64,000 nt of DNA from Spirochaetia bacterium (GCA_965140585.1 OZ223264.1:224001-288000), one strand, 5' to 3'; positions 34,897 to 45,906 are shown, counted from the first letter of the stretch. The notes: generated by a model not told the origin, from the letters alone. Made by a program: numbers and translations.

Positions 34897-36206
34897 GGGT
34901 TCTTGTTGCTGATGATGAAAAGGGGTTCAGGGAATCCATTGCCGAATACCTTGAACTTGAAGATATTGAGGTGGATGTAGCTGAAAACGGACTCTCTGCA
35001 ATCAGACGGCTTGAAGATGAAGAATTCGATACTGTTGTTCTTGACTTGAAGATGCCCGGAGCAGATGGGCTGGAAGTCCTGAAATGGATGAAGGAGAATA
35101 CTCCTGGTATACCGGCGCTGATGATATCAGCATTCGGTGAGGTTTCCGATGCTGTAGCCGCAATCAAGCTTGGTGCTGAAGACTATCTGGTAAAGCCCTT
35201 TGAAACTGAAGAACTGCTACTCAAAATACGAAAAGCCGGTGAAAAACGCAAGCTTCAGAGAGAAGTAGAATATCTGAGGAGTACCGGTGCCGTAAGGTTT
35301 AATCTGAAAAGCGGGAGTCCGGCTATGAAGCCGGTAATGGAGCTTGTTCATAAGGCGGCACCCTCTCCGGCAAATATCCTTATTACCGGTGAAAGCGGTA
35401 CAGGAAAAGAGGTTTTTGCCAGATACATACACAGCCTTTCCGGCCGGTCTTCTCAGCCCTTTGTTGCTGTTAATGTGGGAGGTGTTCCCGAAAGTCTTCT
35501 TGAGAGTGAGCTTTTCGGTTATGAGAAAGGAGCTTTTACCGGCGCGGACAGGATGAAAAGCGGACTATTTGAGACAGCATCAGGCGGAACTCTTTTTCTT
35601 GATGAAATAGGCGATATGCCCCTCCATTTGCAGGTAAAGCTGCTTCGGGCCATTCAGGAAAGAAAGATCCAGAGGCTGGGTGCTGTAAGGCAGATAAATC
35701 TTGATGTGCGTATAATTGCAGCTACAAATCGGGATCTTGAAAAATCTGTACAGGAAGGCCTTTTCCGTGAAGATCTTTTTTACAGGCTGAATGTTGTGCG
35801 TGTTCATCTGCCGCCTTTGAGAGAAAGAAAAGAGGATATTCCTGTTTTATGCGCCGGGTTTCTTAAGAATATCAATCATAAGATGGGCCGCAGTATTGAA
35901 GGACTTTCATCGGAGGCTATTGAGCTTTTAAATTCCTACCGTTTTCCGGGTAATATCAGGGAGCTTGAGAATATGCTGGAAAGGGCGGTTATTCTTGCCG
36001 GCGGAACTGAACTGACACCGGAGGACTTCAGTATTGCACCTTCGTCTGTGAAACATAAAGCTCAGGGGACTTTGAAAGATATAGAACGTCTGGCAATAAT
36101 TGATTCACTTGCCAGATGGGAAGGCAGAAAAACCAGAGTCGCAGAAGAACTTGGTATCGATCGAAAGACTCTTTTCAATAAGATAAAAGAATACGGTCTG
36201 GAATAA
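34893..36206 (+). CDS. Sigma54-dependent response regulator (NtrC/AtoC/ZraR family)
   Basis: REC domain, GESGTGKE, GAFTGA, LFLDEIG, Fis-type HTH. Confidence 0.97.
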   Translation: MRVLVADDEKGFRESIAEYLELEDIEVDVAENGLSAIRRLEDEEFDTVVLDLKMPGADGLEVLKWMKENTPGIPALMISAFGEVSDAVAAIKLGAEDYLVKPFETEELLLKIRKAGEKRKLQREVEYLRSTGAVRFNLKSGSPAMKPVMELVHKAAPSPANILITGESGTGKEVFARYIHSLSGRSSQPFVAVNVGGVPESLLESELFGYEKGAFTGADRMKSGLFETASGGTLFLDEIGDMPLHLQVKLLRAIQERKIQRLGAVRQINLDVRIIAATNRDLEKSVQEGLFREDLFYRLNVVRVHLPPLRERKEDIPVLCAGFLKNINHKMGRSIEGLSSEAIELLNSYRFPGNIRELENMLERAVILAGGTELTPEDFSIAPSSVKHKAQGTLKDIERLAIIDSLARWEGRKTRVAEELGIDRKTLFNKIKEYGLE

Positions 36207-36273
36207 AAACAAAATTTGGATTACAGCCTCAGCTTTATTATTATATAATCATACATATATAGGAGATTCGTAA

Positions 36274-37617
36274 ATGAAGTATGTAATAATCGGTGGTGAT
36301 GCTGCAGGTATGAGTGCCGCATCAAGACTTAAAAGAAGAGAACCTGAATCCGAGGTTATTGTTTTCGAAAAGACGATGGATGTTTCGTACAGTGCCTGCG
36401 GAATGCCGTATAATATAGCAAAACCGGAAGCTGCAATTGAAAGGCTGGTTGTGAGATCTGCTGAGGCTTTCAGAGACTCGCAGGGAATAGATCTCAGAAC
36501 CGGTCATGAAGTTACGGCTATCAACCGGAAAGATAAGATTGTATCGGGGAAAAACCATGAATCAGGAGATTTTGAATGCAGCTATGACAAACTGCTGATT
36601 GCAACCGGAGCAAGGGCTGCAATGCTTCCTGTTGAAGGTATAGATCTTGAAGGAGTCTTCAAACTTAAAACCCTTCAGGATGCAAGGGATATTAAATCTT
36701 ATCTTGCGGACGTTGAGGTTAAGACAGCCGTTCTTATAGGAATGGGGTATATAGCTCTTGAGATGGCAGAAGCTCTGCATGCACGAGGTATAAAGGTTGT
36801 TATGGTTAAACGCCGCGAGGGCCTGCTTCCCTGGATGCTCCCTGAACTTTCGGATGTATTAAGAAAATCGCTTACAGAAAAGGGCGTCGAGCTTAATGAC
36901 GGATATCCTGTTGAAAAAATAAGCGGGGAGCGCGGCCGTCTGACAGTTCATGCAGGGGGAAAGTCTTTCAGCGGTGAGATGGTTCTTGTCGCGATCGGAG
37001 TGGTTCCTGAGGCCGAACTTGCGAAGGCTGCCGGTTTGGAACTTGGAGCAGAAGGTGCTGTTTCAATCAATAAGAATATGCAGACCTCGGATCCTGATAT
37101 TTATTCTGCCGGAGACTGTGCAGACTGTCTCAGCATTGTAACAGGAAAGAAGATCTGGCTTCCTCTTGCACTTACTGCAAACAGGGGTGGACGTCTTGCT
37201 GCCGACAATATAATGGGAGAGGATGCTCCTTTTAACGGAATTGCAGGCACTGCGGTTTTTAAGGTCTTTGACTACGAGGTGGCAAAAACCGGAATTACTG
37301 TGGAGCAGGCGAAGGCTGCCGGTTATGATCCGGTTTATAAAGCAATTGTAGCAAAATCAAAGGCTCATGTTTTTGAAGGTGCGGCTGCGATTCATGTGGC
37401 TGTGATTGCCGATAAAGCCAGCGGTAAGATGCTTGGGGCTCAGATGACCGGAACTGATGGTGTAGCCAGACGTATAAACGCTGCTGCTGTTGCGGTGCAG
37501 GCGGGCCTTTCGGTCGCTGAATTTTATGAATCAGACCTTGCCTATGCTCCCCCTTTCAGCCCGGTATGGGATCCGCTGCTTACCGCAGCAAGTATGCTGC
37601 TCAAGAAAAAAGGTTAA
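36274..37617 (+). CDS. CoA-disulfide reductase / NADH oxidase family flavoprotein
   Basis: GGDAAG, SYSACGMPY, ATGA, AGDC, DLAYAPPFS. Confidence 0.93.
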   Translation: MKYVIIGGDAAGMSAASRLKRREPESEVIVFEKTMDVSYSACGMPYNIAKPEAAIERLVVRSAEAFRDSQGIDLRTGHEVTAINRKDKIVSGKNHESGDFECSYDKLLIATGARAAMLPVEGIDLEGVFKLKTLQDARDIKSYLADVEVKTAVLIGMGYIALEMAEALHARGIKVVMVKRREGLLPWMLPELSDVLRKSLTEKGVELNDGYPVEKISGERGRLTVHAGGKSFSGEMVLVAIGVVPEAELAKAAGLELGAEGAVSINKNMQTSDPDIYSAGDCADCLSIVTGKKIWLPLALTANRGGRLAADNIMGEDAPFNGIAGTAVFKVFDYEVAKTGITVEQAKAAGYDPVYKAIVAKSKAHVFEGAAAIHVAVIADKASGKMLGAQMTGTDGVARRINAAAVAVQAGLSVAEFYESDLAYAPPFSPVWDPLLTAASMLLKKKG

Positions 37618-37623
37618 AAACTA

Positions 37624-39129
37624 TTAAATGTTGAAGAACAGCGTTACCGATGTTTCATCCAGGAACAGCTGTCCCTGGAGCTGGTCGGTTAATGCTGTAA
37701 TGATAATGCCGGATTGATCATCCTCGATGATCTTCCGGCAGTGATTGAGAATGTTTCTTGACGTGCGGATTTTCAACTGGGCAATATTATCATTAAGTAA
37801 AAATGTTGTGGATACCGGGCTTGTTTCGCAGCTTAGTTCGTTCTGAATCTTGAGAATTATGGTCAGCAGTTCATTTATCAGCATCGAAACGGCAATGGCC
37901 ACATCTGTATCGAGGTATATATAATCACAGTGTACCTCTATCTTTTGTGCCCAGGGATTTGCTGAATAAGAACTTGTTAAGTGTTTGATAATATCATCCA
38001 GATATGTCTGCATCTTTATCTTGTTTTTACTGTCGATTTTAACCATATTCTGATAAACCAGTGACAGTGTGTAGATCTGAATCTGTATTTCATTCATTAC
38101 AGAGGCAGCCGTTGCATCCTCTGTTGATCCCTGTTTGAGCGAAATAAGACTTGAGAGCATCTGCAGCTTGTTGTTTATCAGATGCTGTACTTCCTGATGT
38201 GCCAGAGCCTTCTCTTCTTCTATGTTGTCTCCTGATGGTTCAAGGCAGTTCTCTTTATTCTTTACAGTGTTTCTTTCTCTGATTATCCCCGCTGATCCCA
38301 GATTCTCAAATCCCGAGTCATTATTCTCCCATGAATGTCCGACTGCCGCCAGTTCGCCGTAGGAGGTAAGAGATACCTCAATACCACCCCCAATAGGAGC
38401 CTTCCTTTTCAGTCTTATTTGAAGGTCCTTTGTCATCCTGGGGCCGGTTCTTCTTTCATCAAACAGCTTGGGGGCTCTGTCATGGCCGGTAACCCGTCCT
38501 CTGAGAATAGGGAGGACCATATCTCTTGATACTTTTGAGACGTCATCAACAAAAAGGATTTCGGAGAAGTGCTTTCCTATCAGTTCCTGAGGCTCCCAGC
38601 CAAGGATCCTTACGGCATTATTTATGAAAGTAAAATTTCCTTCAGAATTAAGCACATATATAATATCGGGAAGGGCCTGTACTAGATGCATGTACTGCTT
38701 TTCGGTATTCTGAAGAAAGTAATTCTGCCGTTCAAGGCTTTCCCTGATGTTCAGTACCTTTTTAACCATGCTCATCAGGTAGCTGGTAAAGCCCGGTGAT
38801 CCGTTTCTAAGTATGAAGGTACTCGATTCATCTGTTATAACGTCATCAACAGGAAACAGATCTTCGGAATCGATCATGAGGATAAATGGTGTCGGCCACA
38901 GGGTGAGCCAGTCTACGAGGCTTCCGTTCTGATAACTGTAATCAGTTATAATAAGGGCAATCGGATATGTTGTGGTCAGTTCATCGAGTTCTTTCAGGCT
39001 CCTGGGGGTGAAAATGCGGTAGGGGAGATGGTTCTTCTCGATATATTCCCGTACTTCGTCCTGTTCTTTTTCAATTGAAGTGGCTAGTATCAGGTTCCTT
39101 TTCTGTTTTGTATCATCTATTTCAAGCAT
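37624..39129 (-). CDS. REC-like + PAS + HisKA_2 signalling protein with degenerate ATPase domain
   Basis: LIITDY; LPDIIYVLN.EG.FTFIN; EVQHLINNKLQMLSSLISL; no DxGxG box seen. Confidence 0.75.
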   Translation of the reverse strand: MLEIDDTKQKRNLILATSIEKEQDEVREYIEKNHLPYRIFTPRSLKELDELTTTYPIALIITDYSYQNGSLVDWLTLWPTPFILMIDSEDLFPVDDVITDESSTFILRNGSPGFTSYLMSMVKKVLNIRESLERQNYFLQNTEKQYMHLVQALPDIIYVLNSEGNFTFINNAVRILGWEPQELIGKHFSEILFVDDVSKVSRDMVLPILRGRVTGHDRAPKLFDERRTGPRMTKDLQIRLKRKAPIGGGIEVSLTSYGELAAVGHSWENNDSGFENLGSAGIIRERNTVKNKENCLEPSGDNIEEEKALAHQEVQHLINNKLQMLSSLISLKQGSTEDATAASVMNEIQIQIYTLSLVYQNMVKIDSKNKIKMQTYLDDIIKHLTSSYSANPWAQKIEVHCDYIYLDTDVAIAVSMLINELLTIILKIQNELSCETSPVSTTFLLNDNIAQLKIRTSRNILNHCRKIIEDDQSGIIITALTDQLQGQLFLDETSVTLFFNI

Positions 39130-39176
39130 TCTGCTTAAATTATCTACAATCAGGAACCCGATATCAATTTATTCAA

Positions 39177-40382
39177 TCAATAAATATAACTAATTCCTGT
39201 ACTTACTGCGATTCTGCTGTATGTTTCGCCGGCTTCTGCAGTGAGCGCCCTGTCCCTTTCCCAGCTGAAGGTATCATCTCCGTCACCGGCGTTACTCAAC
39301 AGGTAGGCGAAGAGGGTAAATCCTTCAAAAACATTCCATCCGACTCCTGCTGTTATTTCTGCTGAGAGGTCTGCAGGGGAGAATACTGATCTGGCTGATA
39401 TGCTTAGAGTATCGCTTGGTGCATACACGATTTCCGGGTAGAGATAGACACCGTAAGCAGGTGCATCAGAGCCTGTTTCCCAGGGGGTCTCTTCAAAGTC
39501 ACCAAAGGGAGAGTAGAGTCCTTCAAGCCGGAAAGTTACAGTACTTATTGAGTTTATCTGCTGCATGTAGAAGATTCCGCCGCTCAAACTGAGGTTGTCT
39601 TTAAAGCTTTCGGTAAGTTCATCGCCTTCAACATCGGAAGATACTGCACTTCCGGCCGTCAGGTACCAGTCGGTGAACAGATTTCCCTGAAAGGAGACGT
39701 AAAACCGGTGTGCAGCATCTGTACTGCTTCCGCTGTAAAGATACCCGGCTTCAGTTTTGATATCCAGTACCTTCGTGTATATTCTGCCTCCGGCGGAAGC
39801 TGCCGCAATATCGCCGTAACTTATTCCGGCAACCGCTCCGGACACAGGATTTGTTATGAGGGAAGTTTCCGGCGTCAGGGCGACAGCTTCAATGAACGAG
39901 AAGCGGCCCAGCGGGACATTGACTGCTGTAAGCCAGGTTGTTTCAGTTCTGAGTTCATCGGCAGTCAAATCGACCGAAGTTCCGGTACTGCCGAACAGAA
40001 GATCTCCGGAATTGAACATGAAACCCTCACCCCAGCTGAGCCGGGTTTTCCCGGCTGTTATTCTGAACAGGGGGAAGCGTGCCTTCACGTAAGCTTTGTC
40101 GAGTGTAACAATCGGAAGGCTGTAGCCGAGGGTTGCCGCAAGCTCAGGGTAGTTGAAACTGAACTGCAGTTCAGACTTAACGTTGCGGTTGCCTTCCGAT
40201 TCAAATGAAAAGCCTCCGGCTCCGCTTGTCATCCAGGCCCAGTAATAATCATCCTCTGCTGCCGTGTCAGGAGTTCTGAATATGAGGTTGTTCACAGCCA
40301 TATCCAGTGTAAGGCTGCCCTCGGCGAAGATTGCCGCGGGCAGTACTAATATCAGAATAATGAAAACTGTTTTTTTTACCAT
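39177..40382 (-). CDS. Putative outer-membrane beta-barrel protein
   Basis: Signal peptide, LDKAYV..ITAGK..SWG, terminal aromatic ISYIY. Confidence 0.7.
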   Translation of the reverse strand: MVKKTVFIILILVLPAAIFAEGSLTLDMAVNNLIFRTPDTAAEDDYYWAWMTSGAGGFSFESEGNRNVKSELQFSFNYPELAATLGYSLPIVTLDKAYVKARFPLFRITAGKTRLSWGEGFMFNSGDLLFGSTGTSVDLTADELRTETTWLTAVNVPLGRFSFIEAVALTPETSLITNPVSGAVAGISYGDIAAASAGGRIYTKVLDIKTEAGYLYSGSSTDAAHRFYVSFQGNLFTDWYLTAGSAVSSDVEGDELTESFKDNLSLSGGIFYMQQINSISTVTFRLEGLYSPFGDFEETPWETGSDAPAYGVYLYPEIVYAPSDTLSISARSVFSPADLSAEITAGVGWNVFEGFTLFAYLLSNAGDGDDTFSWERDRALTAEAGETYSRIAVSTGISYIY

Positions 40383-41119
40383 GAAAGTTCATCCAGTGAA
40401 AAAAGAGCCTGGTCGATATCAACATTAATTCTTATATCGCTTATGCTCATTATCGTTTCTGAATCGCTTTTCATCTTGTCCGAGATTCTTGAGCTGGATA
40501 CTATTTCGCGGCCGCCGACAATTATTGTTTCAAGCACTTCCATTTCCTTGAGCAGACGGCCTGATTTTGTTGAATATTCTCCCTTTCTGACAATATAATT
40601 TGACTTGTCAATCCATATCTTTTCTTTGGGGTAGGGGACTGTCCGGGTTTTCGCCTCAAGGCTTAGAATCCAGCATTTGTGTCCGTTCAGGGTCTCTTCG
40701 CCGATAATAGAGGTTTCGTACTGGGACAGCCGGTCGTTTCCGCCTGTCATATCCTCATAGGAGATGTCAGAACCCATCATCGACTGTCTGAGTGCGGACC
40801 CCTGCATTCTGATTATTTCCTCAGCATCCGGGTAATAGAGATATATTGAATCTTCGGTCTTCAGAATCTTCTGTCCCCGCTCTGCTGTGCTTGTAAACTC
40901 AAGAAGGGTTTCATCTGCACCGTTGGACCAGGCGTTAAAGGTGCTGACCTTTGTTCCGAAGCGGTCCCTTACCTGAATTTCGCCGGACGATACTGAACTT
41001 TCAAATACCTGCCTCCGGTCGGATTCCGCCAGTATTTCATCAGCAGTCTGTGCATAGAGGGCTGAAGAACTTAAGATTATGAATATCAATATAAAAGGTT
41101 TAATAATATTTCTCATCAT
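40376..41119 (-). CDS. Outer-membrane lipoprotein-sorting (LolA-like) protein
   Basis: TADEIL, YLYYP, SMMGSDISYED, KIWIDK, G.LLKEM. Confidence 0.88.
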   Translation of the reverse strand: MMRNIIKPFILIFIILSSSALYAQTADEILAESDRRQVFESSVSSGEIQVRDRFGTKVSTFNAWSNGADETLLEFTSTAERGQKILKTEDSIYLYYPDAEEIIRMQGSALRQSMMGSDISYEDMTGGNDRLSQYETSIIGEETLNGHKCWILSLEAKTRTVPYPKEKIWIDKSNYIVRKGEYSTKSGRLLKEMEVLETIIVGGREIVSSSRISDKMKSDSETIMSISDIRINVDIDQALFSLDELSW

Positions 41120-41140
41120 TTCCTCCTGTAAATAGAGTAT

Positions 41141-42367
41141 TTAAATATACCTGAGTGCTTCCACAGGTTCGATTCTTGCTGCCTTTCTTGATGGAATAAA
41201 AGTGGCAAGGGCCGCGATTACTACAGCATAGAAATATACGAATATAGTTTTAGGTATGCTGAGGACCGGATACAGTACCGAGGATATTTCGAAATCCATT
41301 CCGGACATTGCATCGGTAAAATCAATACCGACCTTCTTGAGGTACAGAGTGACGACTACACCCAGCAGCACACCGACTGCAGACCCTATTGCACTTATGA
41401 ATGTCCCCTCAAGAAAGAATAGCCTGATAAGTTCATTGCCATGCATGCCCATTGCCGACATAGTTCCGATCTCACGCATCCTTTCAAATATAACCATCAT
41501 TGTAGTGTTTATTATTACGGTGCTTCCGAGTAGAAAGAATATGAATGCCATGATGTTGTACACATTCTCAGCCAGCTTAAGAAATCCGTACATATCATTC
41601 ATTTCCAGAAGCGGGCTTATCTCAAAGTCCATTCCGTTCGATTTGTATTGCTGTATAAGTTCTGCCGTTTTTTTCTTCGGGTCAATTCCGTCTTTGAGTT
41701 TTATGATGATATCAAGGCTGTTATGGGGCATCCTAAGAAAATACTGGGCGCGGTCAAGCGGCATCCAGAAATACTTGGCATTCATAGTTGCTACAGGGAA
41801 GGTCGCAATTCCTGTAACTTTCAGTGTAATTGCGTTTGTTCCCCGTGCGGCGGTTGTTGTCATAAGGGTGACCTTGTCGCCGATTTTCAGTTTCATATCG
41901 CGGGCAAGGACCGCGCCTATTATCATTTCATTTTTACCGTATTCCGGAAGGCGTCCCTCATGAACAATAGAGTTGATGTTAAGGTAGTCTTTTTCACGTT
42001 CGAGATCTACGCCTACACCGACTGCTCCGAAGTTTGAGCCGTTGAATGCTGCCGGAAAAGTTGTCCGGGGAGTCCATGCCTGAATATCGGAATCAGCATT
42101 GAGGATATCCTTTACGTCATCTACGTTAACTGTAAGGTGAATCGGATTGTAGCGTTCAAATTCCGCAAAGTCCTTATTTCTGATTCTGATGTCGCCGGTG
42201 TAGAAGGATCTGAGGTTTTCAGACATGTCCGCACTCATTCCGCCTATGAAGGCGAATAATATGACTATACTCATTGCAGCGACAGCAATTGCTGTTCCTG
42301 ACAGTATTGAGCGCCGTTTGTTTCTGCTTATATTCCGGAAGGCTGTTTTTGCAAGTTTCTGATTCAT
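41141..42367 (-). CDS. ABC transporter permease (LolE/FtsX family)
   Basis: RNKRRS, FERMREIGTMSAMG, PSRKAARIEPVEALR. Confidence 0.93.
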   Translation of the reverse strand: MNQKLAKTAFRNISRNKRRSILSGTAIAVAAMSIVILFAFIGGMSADMSENLRSFYTGDIRIRNKDFAEFERYNPIHLTVNVDDVKDILNADSDIQAWTPRTTFPAAFNGSNFGAVGVGVDLEREKDYLNINSIVHEGRLPEYGKNEMIIGAVLARDMKLKIGDKVTLMTTTAARGTNAITLKVTGIATFPVATMNAKYFWMPLDRAQYFLRMPHNSLDIIIKLKDGIDPKKKTAELIQQYKSNGMDFEISPLLEMNDMYGFLKLAENVYNIMAFIFFLLGSTVIINTTMMVIFERMREIGTMSAMGMHGNELIRLFFLEGTFISAIGSAVGVLLGVVVTLYLKKVGIDFTDAMSGMDFEISSVLYPVLSIPKTIFVYFYAVVIAALATFIPSRKAARIEPVEALRYI

Positions 42368-42379
42368 TTCTTCCTCCTT

Positions 42380-43627
42380 CTACTGATGTCTCAGACATGC
42401 GGGGATGTCCATCGACAGGGCCTTTCCGGTGGGAAAGAAGGCAACCAGTGTTGAGATGATTGTGCCTGCAAAGAAGGCTCCAACCATAGTCAGCGGATTC
42501 CAGACCCCCCTCATTACACTCTGAATACGGTAGCCGATATCCATGTCTCTGAGCAGAAATCCAAAGTCAAACCCTATTTCAACAACGTAGATATTCACCA
42601 GGATTCCCAGGATAATTCCGATTACAGAGCCGATAAGACCAATTCCTGCAGCCTCTGTCATGAATGTCATCCGTATTGCCTTGTCGCTCATGCCAAGAGC
42701 CCTCATCATTCCAAGCTCCCTGATGCGCTCAAAGATTGCCATCAGCATTGTGTTTGATATTCCAACAGCCGCTATTATAAATATCAGAAACAGAATCATT
42801 CCTGTTCCCCCTCGTTTGGCTTCGGCAATGGCAAGAAAATCAGCCGCCATCACTTCCCAGTTAAGGGCTGTGTTCCCGCTTCCGGCAATAAGCTGCTGAA
42901 TATCCTTTGTTGCCTGCGCAGTATCGGCATTATCAGGCAGTTTTATGTTGATCTCGGTCACGGCCCCTTCCATCTCAAGATAGTAGTCGGCGGTGGTAAT
43001 GGGCATCATGATGAGCGTGCGGTTTACATTGGGGTTGGGGCAGTTTAAAATTCCGACTATCTCAAGATCTATTGCCTCGTAGAAGCCGCCGTTTCCCCTT
43101 GTTACGATGGTAACCCAGCTGCCCACCTTTGCGTTGATATCTTCGGCAAACCAGGACCCCATAAGTATTGCATCCTCTCCCGGTTCAAGAAAGCGGCCCT
43201 CTACAAGGGTGTCGCTGTAATGAAAGACGTCGTAGTCGTGTTCCGGGTCAATTGCGGTAACCGTTGCCGGCATATTGCCGTCCTCTCCGAAATCCTGGGC
43301 ATTTAAAATCAGATCTCCTGAGAACACGGTCCTTGGTGATGCTGTATAACCTGCTTCATCAAGCTTTTGAAGTATTTCATCAGGGTCTTCTATACTTATA
43401 TCGAGCGGAAGCTGGAACCTGTCTTCCCAGTAATCTTCATCATAGATTCTTACAGAGGAAGTTTCATACCATTTCAGGTTTCGCACCGATTCATATTCCG
43501 CGCCTTTGAGCATTGAATCTACCATTATGAACATCATGATTCCGAATGCTATGGCGCCCGCTGTTATGAGTGTCCTTCTCTTGTATCTTGTAAGGTTTTT
43601 AAATGCGAGTGTTACTATAAAACGCAT
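42380..43627 (-). CDS. ABC transporter permease (LolC/FtsX family)
   Basis: KNLTRYKRRT, FERIRELGMMRALG. Confidence 0.93.
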   Translation of the reverse strand: MRFIVTLAFKNLTRYKRRTLITAGAIAFGIMMFIMVDSMLKGAEYESVRNLKWYETSSVRIYDEDYWEDRFQLPLDISIEDPDEILQKLDEAGYTASPRTVFSGDLILNAQDFGEDGNMPATVTAIDPEHDYDVFHYSDTLVEGRFLEPGEDAILMGSWFAEDINAKVGSWVTIVTRGNGGFYEAIDLEIVGILNCPNPNVNRTLIMMPITTADYYLEMEGAVTEINIKLPDNADTAQATKDIQQLIAGSGNTALNWEVMAADFLAIAEAKRGGTGMILFLIFIIAAVGISNTMLMAIFERIRELGMMRALGMSDKAIRMTFMTEAAGIGLIGSVIGIILGILVNIYVVEIGFDFGFLLRDMDIGYRIQSVMRGVWNPLTMVGAFFAGTIISTLVAFFPTGKALSMDIPACLRHQ

Positions 43628-43630
43628 TTT

Positions 43631-44308
43631 TTACCTCCTTTCGTCGTTCTGAATCTGTCCGTCGTGCAGCAGTACAAGTCTTTTGGCATAATCCATAACC
43701 ATTCTGTCGTGGGTGGAAAAAATAAAGGTTGTATTATATTTCTGATTCATTTCCTGCATCAGTTTAAGAATGTCTTCACCTGTTTCTGAGTCCAGGTTTG
43801 CTGTTGGCTCGTCGGCTAGAATGATTTCAGGGTGTTTGACCAGGGCTCTGGCGATGGCGACACGCTGCTGCTGTCCGCCTGACAGCCGGTCGGGTCTGCG
43901 GTTTTCCATTCCCTTCAGGCCTACTTCTTTGAGAATCCCCATGCTGCGGGATCTAACCTCCTCTTCTTTCAGATCAAGAAGAGAGAGGGCAAAGGCTACA
44001 TTTTCATAGGCTGTCAGGACGGGTATCAGGTTATAGGTTTGAAAGATGAATCCAAGGTTTTTTCGCCGGAATTCGGTCTTTTCCTTCTTGCTCATCCTGG
44101 ATACAGGAACTCCCTTAATTGAGATTTCACCTGAATCGAGGGCGTCTATGCAGCCGATCAGGTTGAGAAGGGTTGTCTTTCCCGAGCCTGACGGGCCTGC
44201 TATTGATATAAATTCACCTGAGTCAATGTTCAGAGAAACGCCCTTAAGCGCCTGAACTTCTGTTTCTCCGGCTTTGTAGGTTCTTACGACTGAATCAATC
44301 TTTATCAT
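43631..44308 (-). CDS. ABC transporter ATP-binding protein (LolD-like)
   Basis: [26 protein letters not shown]. Confidence 0.96.
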   Translation of the reverse strand: MIKIDSVVRTYKAGETEVQALKGVSLNIDSGEFISIAGPSGSGKTTLLNLIGCIDALDSGEISIKGVPVSRMSKKEKTEFRRKNLGFIFQTYNLIPVLTAYENVAFALSLLDLKEEEVRSRSMGILKEVGLKGMENRRPDRLSGGQQQRVAIARALVKHPEIILADEPTANLDSETGEDILKLMQEMNQKYNTTFIFSTHDRMVMDYAKRLVLLHDGQIQNDERR

Positions 44309-45363
44309 TTAATTTCTCCTTACTAAGCGCTGCAGTGCCCATTACGGTTCCGAGGTTCATGCTGTCCAAAACCGATGACGGCATCAGCATCATTGAGCTG
44401 TTCTTTCTTAATCCCTCATAAACGATATTCATAGCCCTAAGCTGCAGGGCTTCCGGATTTTCCCTGTATTTTTCAGCAGCCTTCTCGTATCGTTCGGCTA
44501 CTTCGACCTCGGCTTCGGCCAGTATTACCCTTGATTTACGTTCCCTTTCAGCCTGTGCCTGCTTGCTGAGTGAGTCCTCAAGCTCTTTGGGTATGATTAT
44601 GTCGGTAATCTCAATGGATAAAATAGTTACACCCCATGGGTTGGTCTTGTTGTCCAGGATTTTCTGTATTTCCTTTCCAAGCTCATCCCGTTCAGAGAGC
44701 AGTGTTGCAAGATCGTATTTACCTATTGAGTCACGAAGAGCTGTCTGGGCTGACAGAATAACAGCTTCCAGGTAATTTTCCACTTCAAGGATGGCCTGTT
44801 TGGCATCCCAGATCATCCAGAAAGCCAGTGCATCAACGTGGACCGGCACAGTGTCTCTGGTGAGTGTTTTTTCCGCACTGAAGTCGGTGGCTCTGATTCT
44901 TGTATCAACAAAAGCTGCGGTCCGATCAAGCAGCGGCAGAAGCAGGAATAAGCCCGGTCCATGTACCTTCTGGAACCGTCCCATGCGCAGGATAACAACC
45001 TTATCCCACTGATATACAAGTTCTACGGATGCAGAAAGAAGCAGCCCTATGGAAGCTGCGGCGGCTATGGGGTAGAAGCTAATATCGTAAAATGCAATGA
45101 GTCCGATCCAATCTGCGCAAATTACAACTATCACCATTATCCACAGTGGTATAACGGCAATAACTACACCGCTTAAGAGTGCCGCGGATGCGATAAATAC
45201 AATATCCTGCATCAGGGCATCCGGAACTACTTTCAGCTGTATAAGCAGTCCCGCCGTAATTATTATGCCCAGTACCAGAAATGATACAGCACTGTAGCTG
45301 AAGTCTCTTGATATTACGGTTTTACTGAAGTTTTTAATTCGATCAAATTTGGGTTCAAACATG
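44295..45363 (-). CDS. SPFH/stomatin (slipin) family membrane protein
   Basis: LRMGRF...GPGL, LTRDTVPVHVDA, AQTALR, QAQAERE; start at ATG 45363 preceded by AGGAGG. Confidence 0.92.
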
Positions 45364-45777
45364 CTCACCCTCCTTCTCCTTGTTTCCAGCTTCATGAAGC
45401 TGAAGGTATTCAATTATTTCGTTTAATGTGAAGCCATAAGACCCGGCTTTGGATATGAATGATTTGACTATTGATGAAAGGACTTTTTCTCTTCTGATTT
45501 CGTCAAGCTCAACCTTTTTTCCGCTAATGAATGTTCCGGTTCCCTGCTGGGTAGTTACTATTCCCCTTATTTCAAGTTCATTATATGCCCTTGCAACTGT
45601 GTTGGGATTGATACGGAGCTCTACTGCAAGACTGCGTACTGTCGGAAGCTGTTCTCCGGTAACCAGCCTGCCGTCGGCTATTGCCATCTCGATCTGCAGG
45701 ATTACCTGTTTGTAGAACGGAACACCGCTTTTAGGATCAAGGCTGAATTTTATTTTATTAAAACCGCTATCTGCCAC
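45355..45777 (-). CDS. GntR family (YtrA subfamily) regulator
   Basis: PFYKQV, LPTVRSLAVELRINPNTVARAYNELE, QGTGTF. Confidence 0.95.
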   Translation of the reverse strand: MADSGFNKIKFSLDPKSGVPFYKQVILQIEMAIADGRLVTGEQLPTVRSLAVELRINPNTVARAYNELEIRGIVTTQQGTGTFISGKKVELDEIRREKVLSSIVKSFISKAGSYGFTLNEIIEYLQLHEAGNKEKEGEHV

Positions 45778-45798
45778 CTTTATTCCCCGTTAGTAAAA

Positions 45799-45854
45799 AT
45801 TGTATTAAAACCTTAGTACAATAAAACTATAGTTCTTTCAAACATGTCTGTCAA
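45799..45854 (-). promoter_or_regulatory. Sigma70 promoter (TTGACA-17-TATAGT) and YtrA-type operator
   Basis: -35 at 45849-45854, -10 at 45826-45831 on the minus strand; IR attgtatta..tagtacaat 45799-45822. Confidence 0.75.
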
Positions 45855-45906
45855 CAAATTTCAACGATATTTTGATTATCAGCAGTAAATAGGCTATAAT
45901 TCAGCC

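Noticed and set aside
41256-41963. 235-aa plus-strand ORF and similar long antisense ORFs in the host region
   Set aside because: Shadows of well-supported opposite-strand genes
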